From contig JBBSLF010000002.1 in NCBI GenBank assembly GCA_038255505.1, positions 1-61,690 on the forward strand: a stretch of 61,690 nucleotides of DNA, in the 5' to 3' direction. Origin of the DNA: Candidatus Limnocylindria bacterium. GTDB lineage: Bacteria > Chloroflexota > Limnocylindria > QHBO01. Positions 23,596 to 32,992 of the stretch are shown here, piece by piece; position 1 is the stretch's first letter; the number at the start of each line of letters is the position of its first letter. Below the pieces are notes generated by a model. That model saw nothing but the letters and a program-made list of their open reading frames with translations. It did no database searches and was not told the origin of the DNA. Made by a program: the position numbers and the translations under genes.

Positions 23596-23661
23596 AAGGA
23601 CGATCGGGCTAGACTTCACCCGGCACGCCGACGCTTTGATCGGCAGCACGTGGAGTTGACC

Positions 23662-24663
23662 ATGACCTACAGCGTGACCCTCATACCCGGTGACGGCATC
23701 GGGCCGGAGCTGGCGGATGCCACCCGTGGTGTTTTGGAAGCAACCGGCATCGGCTTCGATTGGGACGTCCAGGAGGCCGGGGAGGCGACGATCGCCGCCG
23801 AGGGAACGCCCTTGCCGGACCGCGTAATCGAGTCGATCTGGCGCAACGGTGTCGCCATCAAGGGCCCGATCACGACGCCCGTCGGCTCCGGCTTCCGCTC
23901 GGTGAACGTGAGCCTGCGCCAGGCGCTGGAACTGTACGCAAACGTCCGACCGGCGCGCAGCATGAAGGGGGTTGCGTCGCGCTACGAGGACATCGATCTC
24001 ATCATCGTGCGCGAGAACACCGAGGACCTGTACGCCGGCATCGAGCATCGCGTCGGGCCCGATGCGGCCGAGAGCATCAAGATCATCACCCGGGCCGCAT
24101 CGCAACGGATCGCGCGCTACGCGTTCGAATACGCCGTCAATAACGGTCGACGCAAGGTGACGGCGGTCCACAAGGCGAACATCATGAAGCTGTCCGATGG
24201 CCTCTTCCTCGAGAGCTGCGGCCAGGTGGCGGCCGAGTACGCCGGGCGCGTCGAGTTCGAGGACCGCATTGTCGACAACATGTGCATGCAGCTCGTCCAG
24301 AAGCCGGGGCTGTATGACGTGCTCGTGCTTCCCAACCTGTACGGCGACATCGTGTCCGATCTTGCCGCGGGGCTGGTCGGGGGACTTGGGGTGGCCCCGG
24401 GCGCGAATATCGGCGAGACAGCCGCCGTCTTCGAGCCGGTCCACGGCTCCGCGCCCAAGTACGCGGGATTGAACAAGGCCAATCCGACGGCCCTCATTCT
24501 CTCGGGCGCGCTCATGCTGCGCCACCTCGGAGAGACCGATGCGGCGAACGCCGTCGAATCCGCCGTTCGCGCAGTGGTGGCCGAGGGCACCACCGTCACC
24601 TACGACCTGGGCGGCTCGGCCGGCACCCGCGAGTTCGGCGAGGCGGTTGCCGCCCGCGTATGA
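23662..24663 (+). CDS. beta-decarboxylating dehydrogenase family (isocitrate / homoisocitrate / isopropylmalate DH); TCA context favours NAD-isocitrate dehydrogenase
   Basis: [33 protein letters not shown] 23662 follows GGAG at 6-nt spacing; the alternative start is GTG 23650. Confidence 0.85.
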   Translation: MTYSVTLIPGDGIGPELADATRGVLEATGIGFDWDVQEAGEATIAAEGTPLPDRVIESIWRNGVAIKGPITTPVGSGFRSVNVSLRQALELYANVRPARSMKGVASRYEDIDLIIVRENTEDLYAGIEHRVGPDAAESIKIITRAASQRIARYAFEYAVNNGRRKVTAVHKANIMKLSDGLFLESCGQVAAEYAGRVEFEDRIVDNMCMQLVQKPGLYDVLVLPNLYGDIVSDLAAGLVGGLGVAPGANIGETAAVFEPVHGSAPKYAGLNKANPTALILSGALMLRHLGETDAANAVESAVRAVVAEGTTVTYDLGGSAGTREFGEAVAARV

Positions 24664-24725
24664 GCGTACCGGGCTAGAATCGGGGAGCCGCTAGTTCCGC
24701 GCCGTTCCGTGTCGGGCGGTGCCCC

Positions 24726-25115
24726 GTGGAGAGAAGTCACGAGTTGATCAACCTGTTCGGCTACCGGGTGTCCTGGGCGCAGCTGGCCTGGTTCGGCCAC
24801 CGCGCCAGCGGCCTCGGCGTGCTTCTCTTCCTGTTCCTCCACATCGTCGAGACCTCCACCGTCCTGTTCGGCCCGGAGGTCTACGACTTCACCCAGACGT
24901 TCTACGCGAACCTGCCAGCGAAGATCGGTGAGGTGCTGCTGATGGCCGCGCTCGTGTACCACTCGCTCAACGGGCTGCGCGTGATCGTCATGGATTTCTG
25001 GCCGTCCACCACCATCTACTACCGCCCTCTGACCTATGGCGTCATCGCTGCCACGACCATCGCCATGGTCCCGTTGGGGCTCATCATCCTCACGCCCTAC
25101 CTGCCATGGGGATGA
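24726..25115 (+). CDS. sdhC: succinate dehydrogenase cytochrome b subunit
   Basis: 129 aa, 3 TM, His-containing helix (FLFLHIVETS), first gene of sdhCDAB. Confidence 0.8.
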   Translation: MERSHELINLFGYRVSWAQLAWFGHRASGLGVLLFLFLHIVETSTVLFGPEVYDFTQTFYANLPAKIGEVLLMAALVYHSLNGLRVIVMDFWPSTTIYYRPLTYGVIAATTIAMVPLGLIILTPYLPWG

Positions 25116-25119
25116 GCCG

Positions 25120-25551
25120 ATGACCACCAGCACCAACCGGCGACCGCGGACGATCTACAGCAACCCCTCGCGCGCCGCTCGTCCGAAGCCGGAGGCATCA
25201 GGCCGCGAACGGTTCTGGTGGATCTTCATGCGGCTGTCGGGACTGGCGCTCGTCTTCCTGGCGCTGGGCCACATGTTCATCATGCACGTGCTGGTCGTCC
25301 TCACCGGTGATCAGATCGACTTCGCCTTCGTCCAGAGCCGATGGGGGACGCCGTTCTGGCGCATCTACGACCTGCTGCTGCTGGTGCTCGCGTTCCTGCA
25401 CGGCGTGAACGGCGCGCGCATCGTGATCAGCGACTACGTGGCGCACCGGACGGCGCGCAGCCTCATCATCGGCGTCCTGTTGTTCATCAGCGCGGCGTGG
25501 CTGATCCTGGGCATTGCCATCATCGCCCTCTTCGACCCGAGCGCCTCATGA
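25120..25551 (+). CDS. sdhD: succinate dehydrogenase hydrophobic membrane anchor subunit
   Basis: 143 aa from ATG 25120, 3 [12 protein letters not shown]. Its stop overlaps the sdhA start (ATGA). Confidence 0.75.
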   Translation: MTTSTNRRPRTIYSNPSRAARPKPEASGRERFWWIFMRLSGLALVFLALGHMFIMHVLVVLTGDQIDFAFVQSRWGTPFWRIYDLLLLVLAFLHGVNGARIVISDYVAHRTARSLIIGVLLFISAAWLILGIAIIALFDPSAS

Positions 25552-27335
25552 CCCTCGCCGTCCGAGGCGGAGTCTCGCCGACCCGCGTGCACGAGATGGA
25601 TGCCATCGTGGTCGGCGCCGGCGGTGCCGGGTTGTACGCCGCACTCGAGCTGAAGCAGGAGCTGGGGCCGACCGCCCGCATAGGCGTCATCAGCAAGCTG
25701 TATCCGTCGCGCAGCCACACCGGTGCTGCCCAGGGTGGGGTGTGCGCCGCGCTCGGCAACACTGAGGAGGATCACTGGGAGTGGCACTGGTTCGATACGG
25801 TCAAGGGCGGCGACTATCTCGTCGACCAGGACGCGGCCGAGGTCATGTGTCACGACGCGGTCGAGACGATCATCAACCTCGAGCACCTGGGTCTGCCGTT
25901 CGACCGCACCGAGGACGGCCTGATCAACCAGCGCCGGTTCGGCGGTCACACGCGCAACTATGGCGAGGGTCCGGTTCGGCGCAGCTGCTTCGCCGCCGAT
26001 CGCACCGGCCACGCCATTCTCCAGACCTTGTTCCAGCAGTGCATTCGCCGGGAGGTCACCTTCTTCGACGAGTACCAGGTCCTGGATCTCGCGCTGCCGG
26101 AGGGACCCGGTGGGCGCGTGAGTGGCGTGATCGCCATGCAGACCGCGACCTCGGAACTGCATGCCTTTCGCGCCAAGGCGGTCCTGTTCGCCACCGGCGG
26201 CTACGGCAAGATTTTCAAGGTCACGTCGAATGCGCATACCCTGACCGGCGACGGCATGGCCATCCCGTATCGGCGCGGGCTGCCGTTGGAGGACATGGAA
26301 TTCTTCCAGTTCCATCCGACCGGCATGTACAAGCTTGGCTTCCTCCTGTCGGAGGCGATGCGTGGCGAGGGCGGGTTCCTGGTGAATGACACCGGTGAGC
26401 GCTTCATGGAGCGCTACGCGCCGACCATGAAGGACCTGGCGTCGCGTGACGTGGTGAGCCGCTCCATTTACCTCGAGATCGCGGAAGGCCGCGGGATCGG
26501 CGGCAGCGACTTCGTGCACCTCGATGTCCGCCACCTGGGCGCCGAAGTGCTCAACAAGAAGCTGCCCGATATGAGCGGATTCATCCGCACCTACTTCGGC
26601 CTCGAGCCACTGACCGATCTCGTGCCGATCCAGCCGACGGCCCACTACGCCATGGGCGGGGTGCCGACCGATGTCGACGGCCGCGTGCTGCGGGACGCGG
26701 CCGGTGCGATCGTCCCCGGCTTCTACGCCGCCGGCGAGGTGGCCTGCGTGAGCGTGCACGGCGCGAACCGCCTGGGGACAAACTCGCTGCTCGACATCCT
26801 CGTTTTTGGCCGTCGTGCTGGGAAGCGCATGGCGGCCGATCTTGCGGACCTGCCGGAGCCGGCGGCCGACGCGGAGGCGGAGGTATCGGTCCAGGCCCGC
26901 GTTCGTGATCTGCTCGGTGGCACGCAGGGCGAGCGGCCGGCCGTCATCCGCGCCGAACTCCAGGAGACGATGTTCACGAAGTGTGGCGTGTACCGCACGG
27001 AGCAGCTGTTGACCGAGTGTCGCGACGAGGTCGCGGCATTGCGCGAGCGGGCCAGGCACCTTGTCGTCGACGACAAGGGCAGCCGCTACAACACCGATCT
27101 CGGTGAGGCGTTCGAGCTCAATTTCCTGCTGGACTGCGCCGAGGCCACGGTGGGATCGGCACTTGCGCGCCGCGAGAGCCGCGGTGGCCACGCGCGCGAG
27201 GACTTCCCTGAGCGCGACGACGCCGACTGGCTGAAGCACACGTTCATCGCGCGCGATCCGGCTGGTGGTCACCTTTCACTCACCTACAAGCCGGTGACCA
27301 TCACGAAATTCGAGCCAAAGGCCAGGACCTACTAG
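25548..27335 (+). CDS. sdhA: succinate dehydrogenase flavoprotein subunit
   Basis: FAD-binding [24 protein letters not shown] (covalent-FAD His), FHPTG, and [14 protein letters not shown]. Confidence 0.97.
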   Translation: MTLAVRGGVSPTRVHEMDAIVVGAGGAGLYAALELKQELGPTARIGVISKLYPSRSHTGAAQGGVCAALGNTEEDHWEWHWFDTVKGGDYLVDQDAAEVMCHDAVETIINLEHLGLPFDRTEDGLINQRRFGGHTRNYGEGPVRRSCFAADRTGHAILQTLFQQCIRREVTFFDEYQVLDLALPEGPGGRVSGVIAMQTATSELHAFRAKAVLFATGGYGKIFKVTSNAHTLTGDGMAIPYRRGLPLEDMEFFQFHPTGMYKLGFLLSEAMRGEGGFLVNDTGERFMERYAPTMKDLASRDVVSRSIYLEIAEGRGIGGSDFVHLDVRHLGAEVLNKKLPDMSGFIRTYFGLEPLTDLVPIQPTAHYAMGGVPTDVDGRVLRDAAGAIVPGFYAAGEVACVSVHGANRLGTNSLLDILVFGRRAGKRMAADLADLPEPAADAEAEVSVQARVRDLLGGTQGERPAVIRAELQETMFTKCGVYRTEQLLTECRDEVAALRERARHLVVDDKGSRYNTDLGEAFELNFLLDCAEATVGSALARRESRGGHAREDFPERDDADWLKHTFIARDPAGGHLSLTYKPVTITKFEPKARTY

Positions 27336-27339
27336 ACCG

Positions 27340-28047
27340 ATGATGAACGTTCAGCTGCGCATCCGCCGCTACAACCCCGAGGCCGACGATGCTCCGCACT
27401 GGGAGGAGTACGCCGTCGAGGCCGAGCCGACCGATCGCGTGCTCGACCTCCTGCACCAGGTGAAGTGGTACCAGGACGGCACGCTCACCTTCCGACGGTC
27501 GTGTGCCCACGGCGTGTGCGGCTCCGACGCGATGCTCATCAACGGGCGCAACCGGCTTGCCTGCGAGTACCTCGTCAAGGACGCCGGGACTGAGATCACG
27601 GTGGAGGCCATCCGCGGCATGGACGTCGTGAAGGACCTGCTGGTCGATATGGAGCCGTTCTGGGAATCCTTCAAGCAGACGATGCCGTTCCTGGTCAACG
27701 ATGAGATTCCCGCCGATGGCAAGGAGCGCCGCCAGTCGCCCGCCGACCGCGAGCGCTACGAGGACACCAGCCGATGCATCCTGTGCGCCGCGTGCACCTC
27801 GGCCTGCCCGGTGTTCTGGTCGGACCAGTCATACGTCGGGCCGGCGGCGATCGTGAACGCGCATCGGTTCATCGTTGACTCGCGCGACACCGCCAAGCAG
27901 GAGCGGCTCGAGATCATGGCCGATCCCGATGGCGTGTGGCGCTGTCGCACGGTCTTCAACTGCGTCGAGGCCTGCCCGCGTGACATCAAGATCACTCGCG
28001 CCATCCTCGAGGTCACCGGTGAGATCGGCAAAGCAGGCATCCGATGA
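27340..28047 (+). CDS. sdhB: succinate dehydrogenase iron-sulfur subunit
   Basis: Cys clusters CAHGVCGSDAMLING, CILCAACTSACP and CRTVFNCVEACP. Confidence 0.96.
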   Translation: MMNVQLRIRRYNPEADDAPHWEEYAVEAEPTDRVLDLLHQVKWYQDGTLTFRRSCAHGVCGSDAMLINGRNRLACEYLVKDAGTEITVEAIRGMDVVKDLLVDMEPFWESFKQTMPFLVNDEIPADGKERRQSPADRERYEDTSRCILCAACTSACPVFWSDQSYVGPAAIVNAHRFIVDSRDTAKQERLEIMADPDGVWRCRTVFNCVEACPRDIKITRAILEVTGEIGKAGIR

Positions 28048-28057
28048 CGGCGGGCAC

Positions 28058-28480
28058 ATGCGACTGCTGATCCACACGGATGGCGCCGCGCGCGGGAACC
28101 CCGGTCCTGCGGGTGCCGGAGCCATCCTGAGAGATACGGCCGACGGCTCCGTTCGCGCCGAGATCGCGCAGGGCCTGGGCCACGCGACGAACAACGTTGC
28201 CGAGTGGACGGCGGTGCGTCTGGCCCTCGAGGAGGCATTGCGCCTCGGTGCGACGCATGTTGACCTGCGCATGGACTCCGAGCTGGTGGCTCGTCAGATC
28301 ACCGGCGTGTACCGCGTCAGGCACCCCGATCTCAAGCCGATTCACGCCGCCGTGATGCCGTTGCTGCGCCGCTTCACCGGTTACACCGTGGGCCACGTGC
28401 CTCGCGCGCTGAACAAGGAGGCCGATCGCCTTTCCAACGTGGCGATCGATGGCGAGGATCCAGCTGCCTCACGCTTCTAG
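28058..28480 (+). CDS. rnhA: ribonuclease HI family protein
   Basis: 140 aa from ATG 28058 with IHTDGAARGNPGPAGAG...NNVAEW...DSELV...NKEAD, consistent with the DEDD catalytic pattern. Confidence 0.85.
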   Translation: MRLLIHTDGAARGNPGPAGAGAILRDTADGSVRAEIAQGLGHATNNVAEWTAVRLALEEALRLGATHVDLRMDSELVARQITGVYRVRHPDLKPIHAAVMPLLRRFTGYTVGHVPRALNKEADRLSNVAIDGEDPAASRF

Positions 28481-29357
28481 ACTGGCGTTGCGCGCGTTGC
28501 GCGCGTTGCTCGCGCTGCTTGCCCTCGCCGCCTGCGCCGCCGATCCGGATCCAACCGCGTCGCCGGTCCCGTCCCCGGTGAGCAGCGCCAGACCGACGGT
28601 CAACGCCGCCACGTCACCGCCCGCAGGCCCGACGCCAGCGCAGGAAGCGGGCGGCGCATACCTCGCCATCGGTGACTCGATCACATTTGGCATCGGCGTC
28701 CCCAATCCGCGGAGCAAAGGGTATGTCGGGCGCCTCTCGGAACGCCTGGCGCGCGGGGAGCCGCACGTGACGGAGACGCGCGTGTTCGCCGTTCCGGGCG
28801 AGACGGCGGTCGGCTTTCTGGAGCGGAGGCTTGACGACGTCGTGACCGCCATCGATGAGCTCGGCCCCCGAGTCGAGCTGGTCACCATCGGTCTTGGAGC
28901 CAACGAGATCCTGCGTATCCGGCGGGACCCGCTGTGTGAGGCCGATCCCTCCAGCGCCGTATGCACGGCAGCAGCCTCGGATGCCATGACCGATGCCGCC
29001 CGCGCGCTGGATGCCGTCGTGGCCGGAGTGCAGGACGCGCTCGCGGATGCCGGTTCGGACGCGCGAATCCTGGTGCTCGCGTACTACAACCCCGACGTCC
29101 GGCCGATCGCGAAGGCCACGCTGGTTGGCGCCGACTCGATCGTGGCCTGCGATCCGGACGATGCGGATCCGGGTCTGAACGACCGGATCGCGTGCGTCGC
29201 CGAAGATCGCGGCGTCGAGCTCGTGGACCTGTACGCGGCGTTTCTCGGACGCGAGGAAGAGCTGACGCGCATTGGTGACGGCGATGTCCATCCGAACGAC
29301 GACGGCTACGAGGTCATTGCCGATGCGATCGCTGCGACCCTTGGGGCGGCGCCGTAG
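28449..29357 (+). CDS. SGNH/GDSL-family hydrolase lipoprotein
   Basis: Lipobox LLALAAC, block I AIGDSITFG, block V DVHPNDDGY. Confidence 0.8.
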   Translation: MARIQLPHASRLALRALRALLALLALAACAADPDPTASPVPSPVSSARPTVNAATSPPAGPTPAQEAGGAYLAIGDSITFGIGVPNPRSKGYVGRLSERLARGEPHVTETRVFAVPGETAVGFLERRLDDVVTAIDELGPRVELVTIGLGANEILRIRRDPLCEADPSSAVCTAAASDAMTDAARALDAVVAGVQDALADAGSDARILVLAYYNPDVRPIAKATLVGADSIVACDPDDADPGLNDRIACVAEDRGVELVDLYAAFLGREEELTRIGDGDVHPNDDGYEVIADAIAATLGAAP

Positions 29358-29387
29358 AACGGGTGTTCGAATCGGGTAGACTATCGG

Positions 29388-29722
29388 TCCCTGGAGGCGG
29401 CTGGACGGTCGCGGGCGCATCGGTCGAAAGGCCGCGCTCGAGGAAAGTCCGAGCTCCATACAGCAGGCTAGCGGGTAACACCCGTCCGCCGTGAGGTGAG
29501 GACCAGCGCCACAGTGACGATGTCCGCTCCTTTCGAGGAACGGAAGTGAAACGGGCAAGCTCTAGCCGGAGCAAGACCGAATAGGGGAGCGCAAGGTGGC
29601 CTTCGGGCCGCAGCAGGTTGCTCGCTCAGCTCCCGGGTAGGTCGCATAGATGGATGGCCGTCCCCGCTACCGATGCGAATCGGTGTCGGGACAGAACTCG
29701 GCTTACAGGCCGCCTCCAGGGA
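29388..29722 (+). ncRNA. rnpB: RNase P RNA, bacterial type A
   Basis: P1 pairing CCCTGGAGGCGGC (29389-29401) with GCCGCCTCCAGGG (29709-29721). Universal P4 strands GAGGAAAGTCCG and ACAGAACTCGGCTTACAG. Length about 335 nt. Confidence 0.93.
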
Positions 29723-29723
29723 C

Positions 29724-29999
29724 TCAGTCTTCGTCCTCGCGCCAGACCGAGCGAGCTGTGCACGCGTTGCAGATGGGTCGAGCCTCGTCCATGGTTCCGA
29801 GTGGCAGCGGATTTTCTGAACCGCCGAGCAGGCAGTCGACCTGGACGCCGGGTGGGACGCCGGGCGGGTCGCCGGGAACGATGCTCACATGGCGTACCGA
29901 GCAGCGGCGGATCCGACCGGATCGCGGGATCGGTCGGCGCTTTTCGCCCTGTTCGATTGGGTTCAGCGCCATCTGGTTTGCCTCTGGGATGCCTCGCAT
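29724..29999 (-). CDS. hypothetical small Cys-containing protein (91 aa; alternative start 29972)
   Basis: This is the only protein-like reading of the 430-nt gap after rnpB. It contains C-x..-C-x..-CNAC. GC3 is only about 73% by hand count, and that phase is shared with a plus-strand ORF, so coding status is uncertain. Confidence 0.35.
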   Translation of the reverse strand: MRGIPEANQMALNPIEQGEKRRPIPRSGRIRRCSVRHVSIVPGDPPGVPPGVQVDCLLGGSENPLPLGTMDEARPICNACTARSVWREDED

Positions 30000-30155
30000 G
30001 TTCTCTCTGCGCCTCAGACTACCGGGCGTGAAGTACGGTCATCAATGGCGCGTTCGTACCATCGCTTGACACCCAGGGACGCGTCGCGGCTTGACCCGCT
30101 TGCGCGCTAGACTCACGCGGTCGCGTCACGGCGACGGCAGCACTGAGGAGGGGTT

Positions 30156-31169
30156 GTGTTCGGACGACGCAAGCGCGAGGAGGCGGCGGCTGCAGATGCA
30201 GCGCGCGAGGAGGATCGACGAGTCCTCTTCTCCAAGCTGGCCGAACGACCCGAGCACGTCTGCCCGTTTCTCGGGCTGGCCGGGGAACGCAGCGAGTACA
30301 TCGAGGGCATCAGCGATGAGCACCGATGCTTTGCCTTTGGCGACCCCGCGCCGATCTCGGCCGAGCAGCAGACACGCGTCTGCCAGGAACGCGGCTACGG
30401 CAACTGCCCCCGATATCTCCGCGGGGTGCTCGTCATACCGACCGAGGAACTCGAGGCCCTGCGCCAGCGCCGGGCCCCGCTCCCCGAACCCGTTGCACCG
30501 CCCCCCGTGGCTGAATCCGAGGGACGCCGCCGCCCGCCGGCAATCCTGCTTCTCGGGCTCCTCGTGCTGTTGCTGGCCGGAGGCGCCGGCGCGTTCCTGA
30601 TGTTCGGGCAGGGGCCCCCGGTGGCAGAGGCCACCCCTTCGCCGACGCCGACCGTCGCACCGACGGTCGCACCTACGGACGTTCCGAGCTCGGTGCCGTC
30701 ACCGAGCGCGACGGCCGAGCCGAGCCCGACGCCGGAGCCGTCACCCACCATCCCGTTGAACGCCATCACCCGCGAAGAGATTGCCAACCTGCTCGCCGAT
30801 TCACTTGACCTTGCACCGGCGACCGACGACTACTACACCGATGACGACGACAGCCCGTTCGAGGACGACATCAACCGCTTGGCGGAGGCTGATCTCACCT
30901 TCGGCTGCGGCACCACCAGATTCTGCCCGGAGGCATTCGTCACCCGCGCCCAACTGGCAGCCTTCGTGGCACGCGCGCTGAGCCTGCCGCCTGCAACGCA
31001 GGACTACTTCACCGACGATGATGGCAACCTCCACGAGGACAACATCAACCGCATCGCCGAGGCGGGGATCACCGAGGGTTGCGGCCCCGATCTCTATTGC
31101 CCCGACGACACGGTCACCCGCGTCGAAGAAGAGCTGTCCCGAATCCTCGAGGCGTCGCCCAGCCCCTGA
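30156..31169 (+). CDS. unassigned envelope protein: cytoplasmic 4-Cys domain, one TM, PT linker, two SLH-like repeats
   Basis: GTG 30156 follows GAGGAGGGG. Cys at C36, C58, C76 and C84 (HVCPFLG..HRCFAF..VCQERGYGNCPRY). TM around residues 128-150. Two ~50-aa repeats read (F/H)EDxINRxAEAxxTxGCGxxxxCPxxxVTR. Confidence 0.8.
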   Translation: MFGRRKREEAAAADAAREEDRRVLFSKLAERPEHVCPFLGLAGERSEYIEGISDEHRCFAFGDPAPISAEQQTRVCQERGYGNCPRYLRGVLVIPTEELEALRQRRAPLPEPVAPPPVAESEGRRRPPAILLLGLLVLLLAGGAGAFLMFGQGPPVAEATPSPTPTVAPTVAPTDVPSSVPSPSATAEPSPTPEPSPTIPLNAITREEIANLLADSLDLAPATDDYYTDDDDSPFEDDINRLAEADLTFGCGTTRFCPEAFVTRAQLAAFVARALSLPPATQDYFTDDDGNLHEDNINRIAEAGITEGCGPDLYCPDDTVTRVEEELSRILEASPSP

Positions 31170-31191
31170 GGTCTGCGATCGGGGCCTCCTG

Positions 31192-31256
31192 TGCGCTCAG
31201 CGCACGCATCGACGCATCCTTCTCCACCGAGCCTCAGGGGTTGCGCTCAGCGCACG
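31192..31256. repeat. two identical 15-nt palindrome copies, 50 bp apart
   Basis: TGCGCTCAGCGCACG occurs at 31192-31206 and 31242-31256. The half-site CTGAGCGCA recurs at 31371-31379. A 9-bp inverted repeat, CCCCTGAGG (31163-31171) and CCTCAGGGG (31232-31240), brackets the first copy. Confidence 0.85.
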
Positions 31257-31442
31257 GAACCTGGGCCATTCCGCTTCGCCGAGCCCCGCGAGGTGATGTT
31301 TCTGTGCACCAGGCGCAGAGACCGGCGGAGGAACGCGTCGCTCCGCGCCTGCCTCGCTAAATCCATGCCCTGAGCGCAAGAACCGCGCGACGCACCCCGC
31401 AACTGCGCCCGAGTTCCGTCCCTGCACCATGCAGAAAAACCC

Positions 31443-31470
31443 TTGACGGGTGGAGTTTGCCCTGTATAGT
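31443..31470 (+). promoter_or_regulatory. Pmra-like sigma-70 promoter
   Basis: TTGACG (31443-31448), 16 nt, TATAGT (31465-31470), 55 nt upstream of the mraZ ATG. Confidence 0.6.
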
Positions 31471-31478
31471 GGCGCCCT

Positions 31479-31518
31479 GTGGTTCCAAATGGGGCCAAGT
31501 GGGGAGAAGTGGTGAACA
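31479..31518 (+). promoter_or_regulatory. probable MraZ operator: four tandem 10-bp units
   Basis: GTGGTTCCAA / ATGGGGCCAA / GTGGGGAGAA / GTGGTGAACA. The TGG cores sit at 31480, 31490, 31500 and 31510, an exact 10-bp phase, between the -10 element and the mraZ start. Confidence 0.6.
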
Positions 31519-31524
31519 ATAGGC

Positions 31525-31974
31525 ATGGAGCGAGCCTCATTCCTGACCGGAGAGTTCCGGCATGCGCTGGACGACCGGGGCCGCGTGGCGGTGCCGGTCC
31601 GGTTTCGGTCGCGCATGGCGCAGGGAGCGACGCTGGCCCGCTGGCTGGATGGCTGCCTGGCGATCTTTCCGGCCGATACCTGGGAAGCGCTGGCGACGAG
31701 GATCCAGAGCCTCCCGACGACAAACGCGGCCGCGCGACAGTTCGGCCGTTTCATGAGCTCGGGGGCGGTGGAGCTGGAGCTCGATCGCCAGGGGCGCGTT
31801 CTCGTCCCGAGCTACCTGCGCGAGTACGCCGGCCTGACCGAGAGCGAGGTGGTCGTGGTTGGCGCGTTGAACCGGCTCGAGATCTGGGCTCCGACACGGT
31901 GGCAGCCGTATCGGTCGCAGATCGAGGACGAGCCGGAGGCGCTCGCCGAACACCTCGCCGACCTGGGCATCTGA
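31525..31974 (+). CDS. mraZ: transcriptional regulator MraZ
   Basis: FLTGEFRHALDDRGRVAVPVRFR, plus a second SpoVT/AbrB-like repeat LDRQGRVLVPSYLR. Confidence 0.95.
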   Translation: MERASFLTGEFRHALDDRGRVAVPVRFRSRMAQGATLARWLDGCLAIFPADTWEALATRIQSLPTTNAAARQFGRFMSSGAVELELDRQGRVLVPSYLREYAGLTESEVVVVGALNRLEIWAPTRWQPYRSQIEDEPEALAEHLADLGI

Positions 31975-32044
31975 CGGTGCCCCGGCCATTGATGAGTCTC
32001 CGGGCCGCTCGGCCCGCCGTCCGACACACGAGGTGCAACGCCGC

Positions 32045-32992
32045 ATGGGAGAAGGGCACCTGCCGGTCCTGGTCGACGAGGTTCTCTCCTCGCTGGCCAT
32101 CGGTTCCGGCAGCTCCGTGGCGGATTGCACCGTCGGCGGTGGTGGGCACGCCGAGCGGCTCCTGGAGACCACGTCTCCGGATGGCCGCCTGCTTGGCATC
32201 GATGCCGATCGGGCGGCCATCGCGGAGGCGAAACGCGTCCTTGCGCCGTTTGGCGACCGCGTCGTCCTGCGTCAGGCCAACTTCGAGGCGATCTATGACA
32301 CCGCGATGGACGCGGCCATCGTTCCTCTCGACGCCATCCTCTTCGACCTGGGCCTCAGCAGCTATCAGCTCGCCGATGCAGCCCGGGGATTCAGCTTCGC
32401 GGCCGATGCGCCGCCGGACATGAGATTCGATGAAACGAGTGGTCTTTCGGCTCTTGAGCTCATCGAGCGCTCCTCGGAGCGAGAGCTCGCCGGAGTCCTC
32501 GCGACGTTTGGTGAAGAGCGCCGTGCAGGCCGCATCGCGAAGGCGATCGTGGCGGCGCGTGCGCAGGACCGGATTGTGACCGCCGCTGACCTCGCCGCGG
32601 TCGTTGCCGCGGCAGCCCCTGGGCGCCCCGGCGGGGCCGATGCCGGGCGGATTCATCCCGCGACCCGCACCTTCCAGGCGCTGCGCATCGCGGTCAACCG
32701 GGAGGTCGAGGTGCTCTCTGCCGGACTGGCCGGGGCGCTCGCCTCGCTCCGTCCGGGCGGACGGATGGCCGTCATCAGCTACCACAGCATCGAGGATCGG
32801 ATCGTCAAGCGGTTCATCGTGCGCGAGAGTCGCGACTGCATCGAGGATCCGCTGCCGCCGGCATGCACCTGCGGCCACCGCGCGCAGCTTCGCGCGGTCA
32901 CGAAGGGTGTCATCACCGCCGGTGCCGACGAGGTCCGGGGCAACCGCCGAGCGCGCAGCGCAAAGCTGCGCGTCGCCGAGAAGCTCGCATGA
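32045..32992 (+). CDS. rsmH: 16S rRNA (cytosine1402-N4)-methyltransferase
   Basis: HLPVLVDEV, DCTVGGGGHA, DLGLSSYQL, ISYHSIEDRIVK. The alternative start is GTG 32033. Confidence 0.95.
   Translation: MGEGHLPVLVDEVLSSLAIGSGSSVADCTVGGGGHAERLLETTSPDGRLLGIDADRAAIAEAKRVLAPFGDRVVLRQANFEAIYDTAMDAAIVPLDAILFDLGLSSYQLADAARGFSFAADAPPDMRFDETSGLSALELIERSSERELAGVLATFGEERRAGRIAKAIVAARAQDRIVTAADLAAVVAAAAPGRPGGADAGRIHPATRTFQALRIAVNREVEVLSAGLAGALASLRPGGRMAVISYHSIEDRIVKRFIVRESRDCIEDPLPPACTCGHRAQLRAVTKGVITAGADEVRGNRRARSAKLRVAEKLA

Noticed and set aside
28068-28076. 8/9 DnaA-box match TGATCCACA at the start of rnhA.
   Set aside because: It is isolated, lies inside coding sequence (LLIHTDG), and has no neighbouring boxes. 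It is most likely chance.
29618-30069. Plus-strand ORFs (137 and 139 aa) after and overlapping rnpB.
   Set aside because: They start inside the RNase P RNA, and their products are Arg/Ser/Gly-rich and not protein-like. They share the high-GC3 phase with the minus-strand 91-aa ORF, which reads more plausibly, though still with low confidence.
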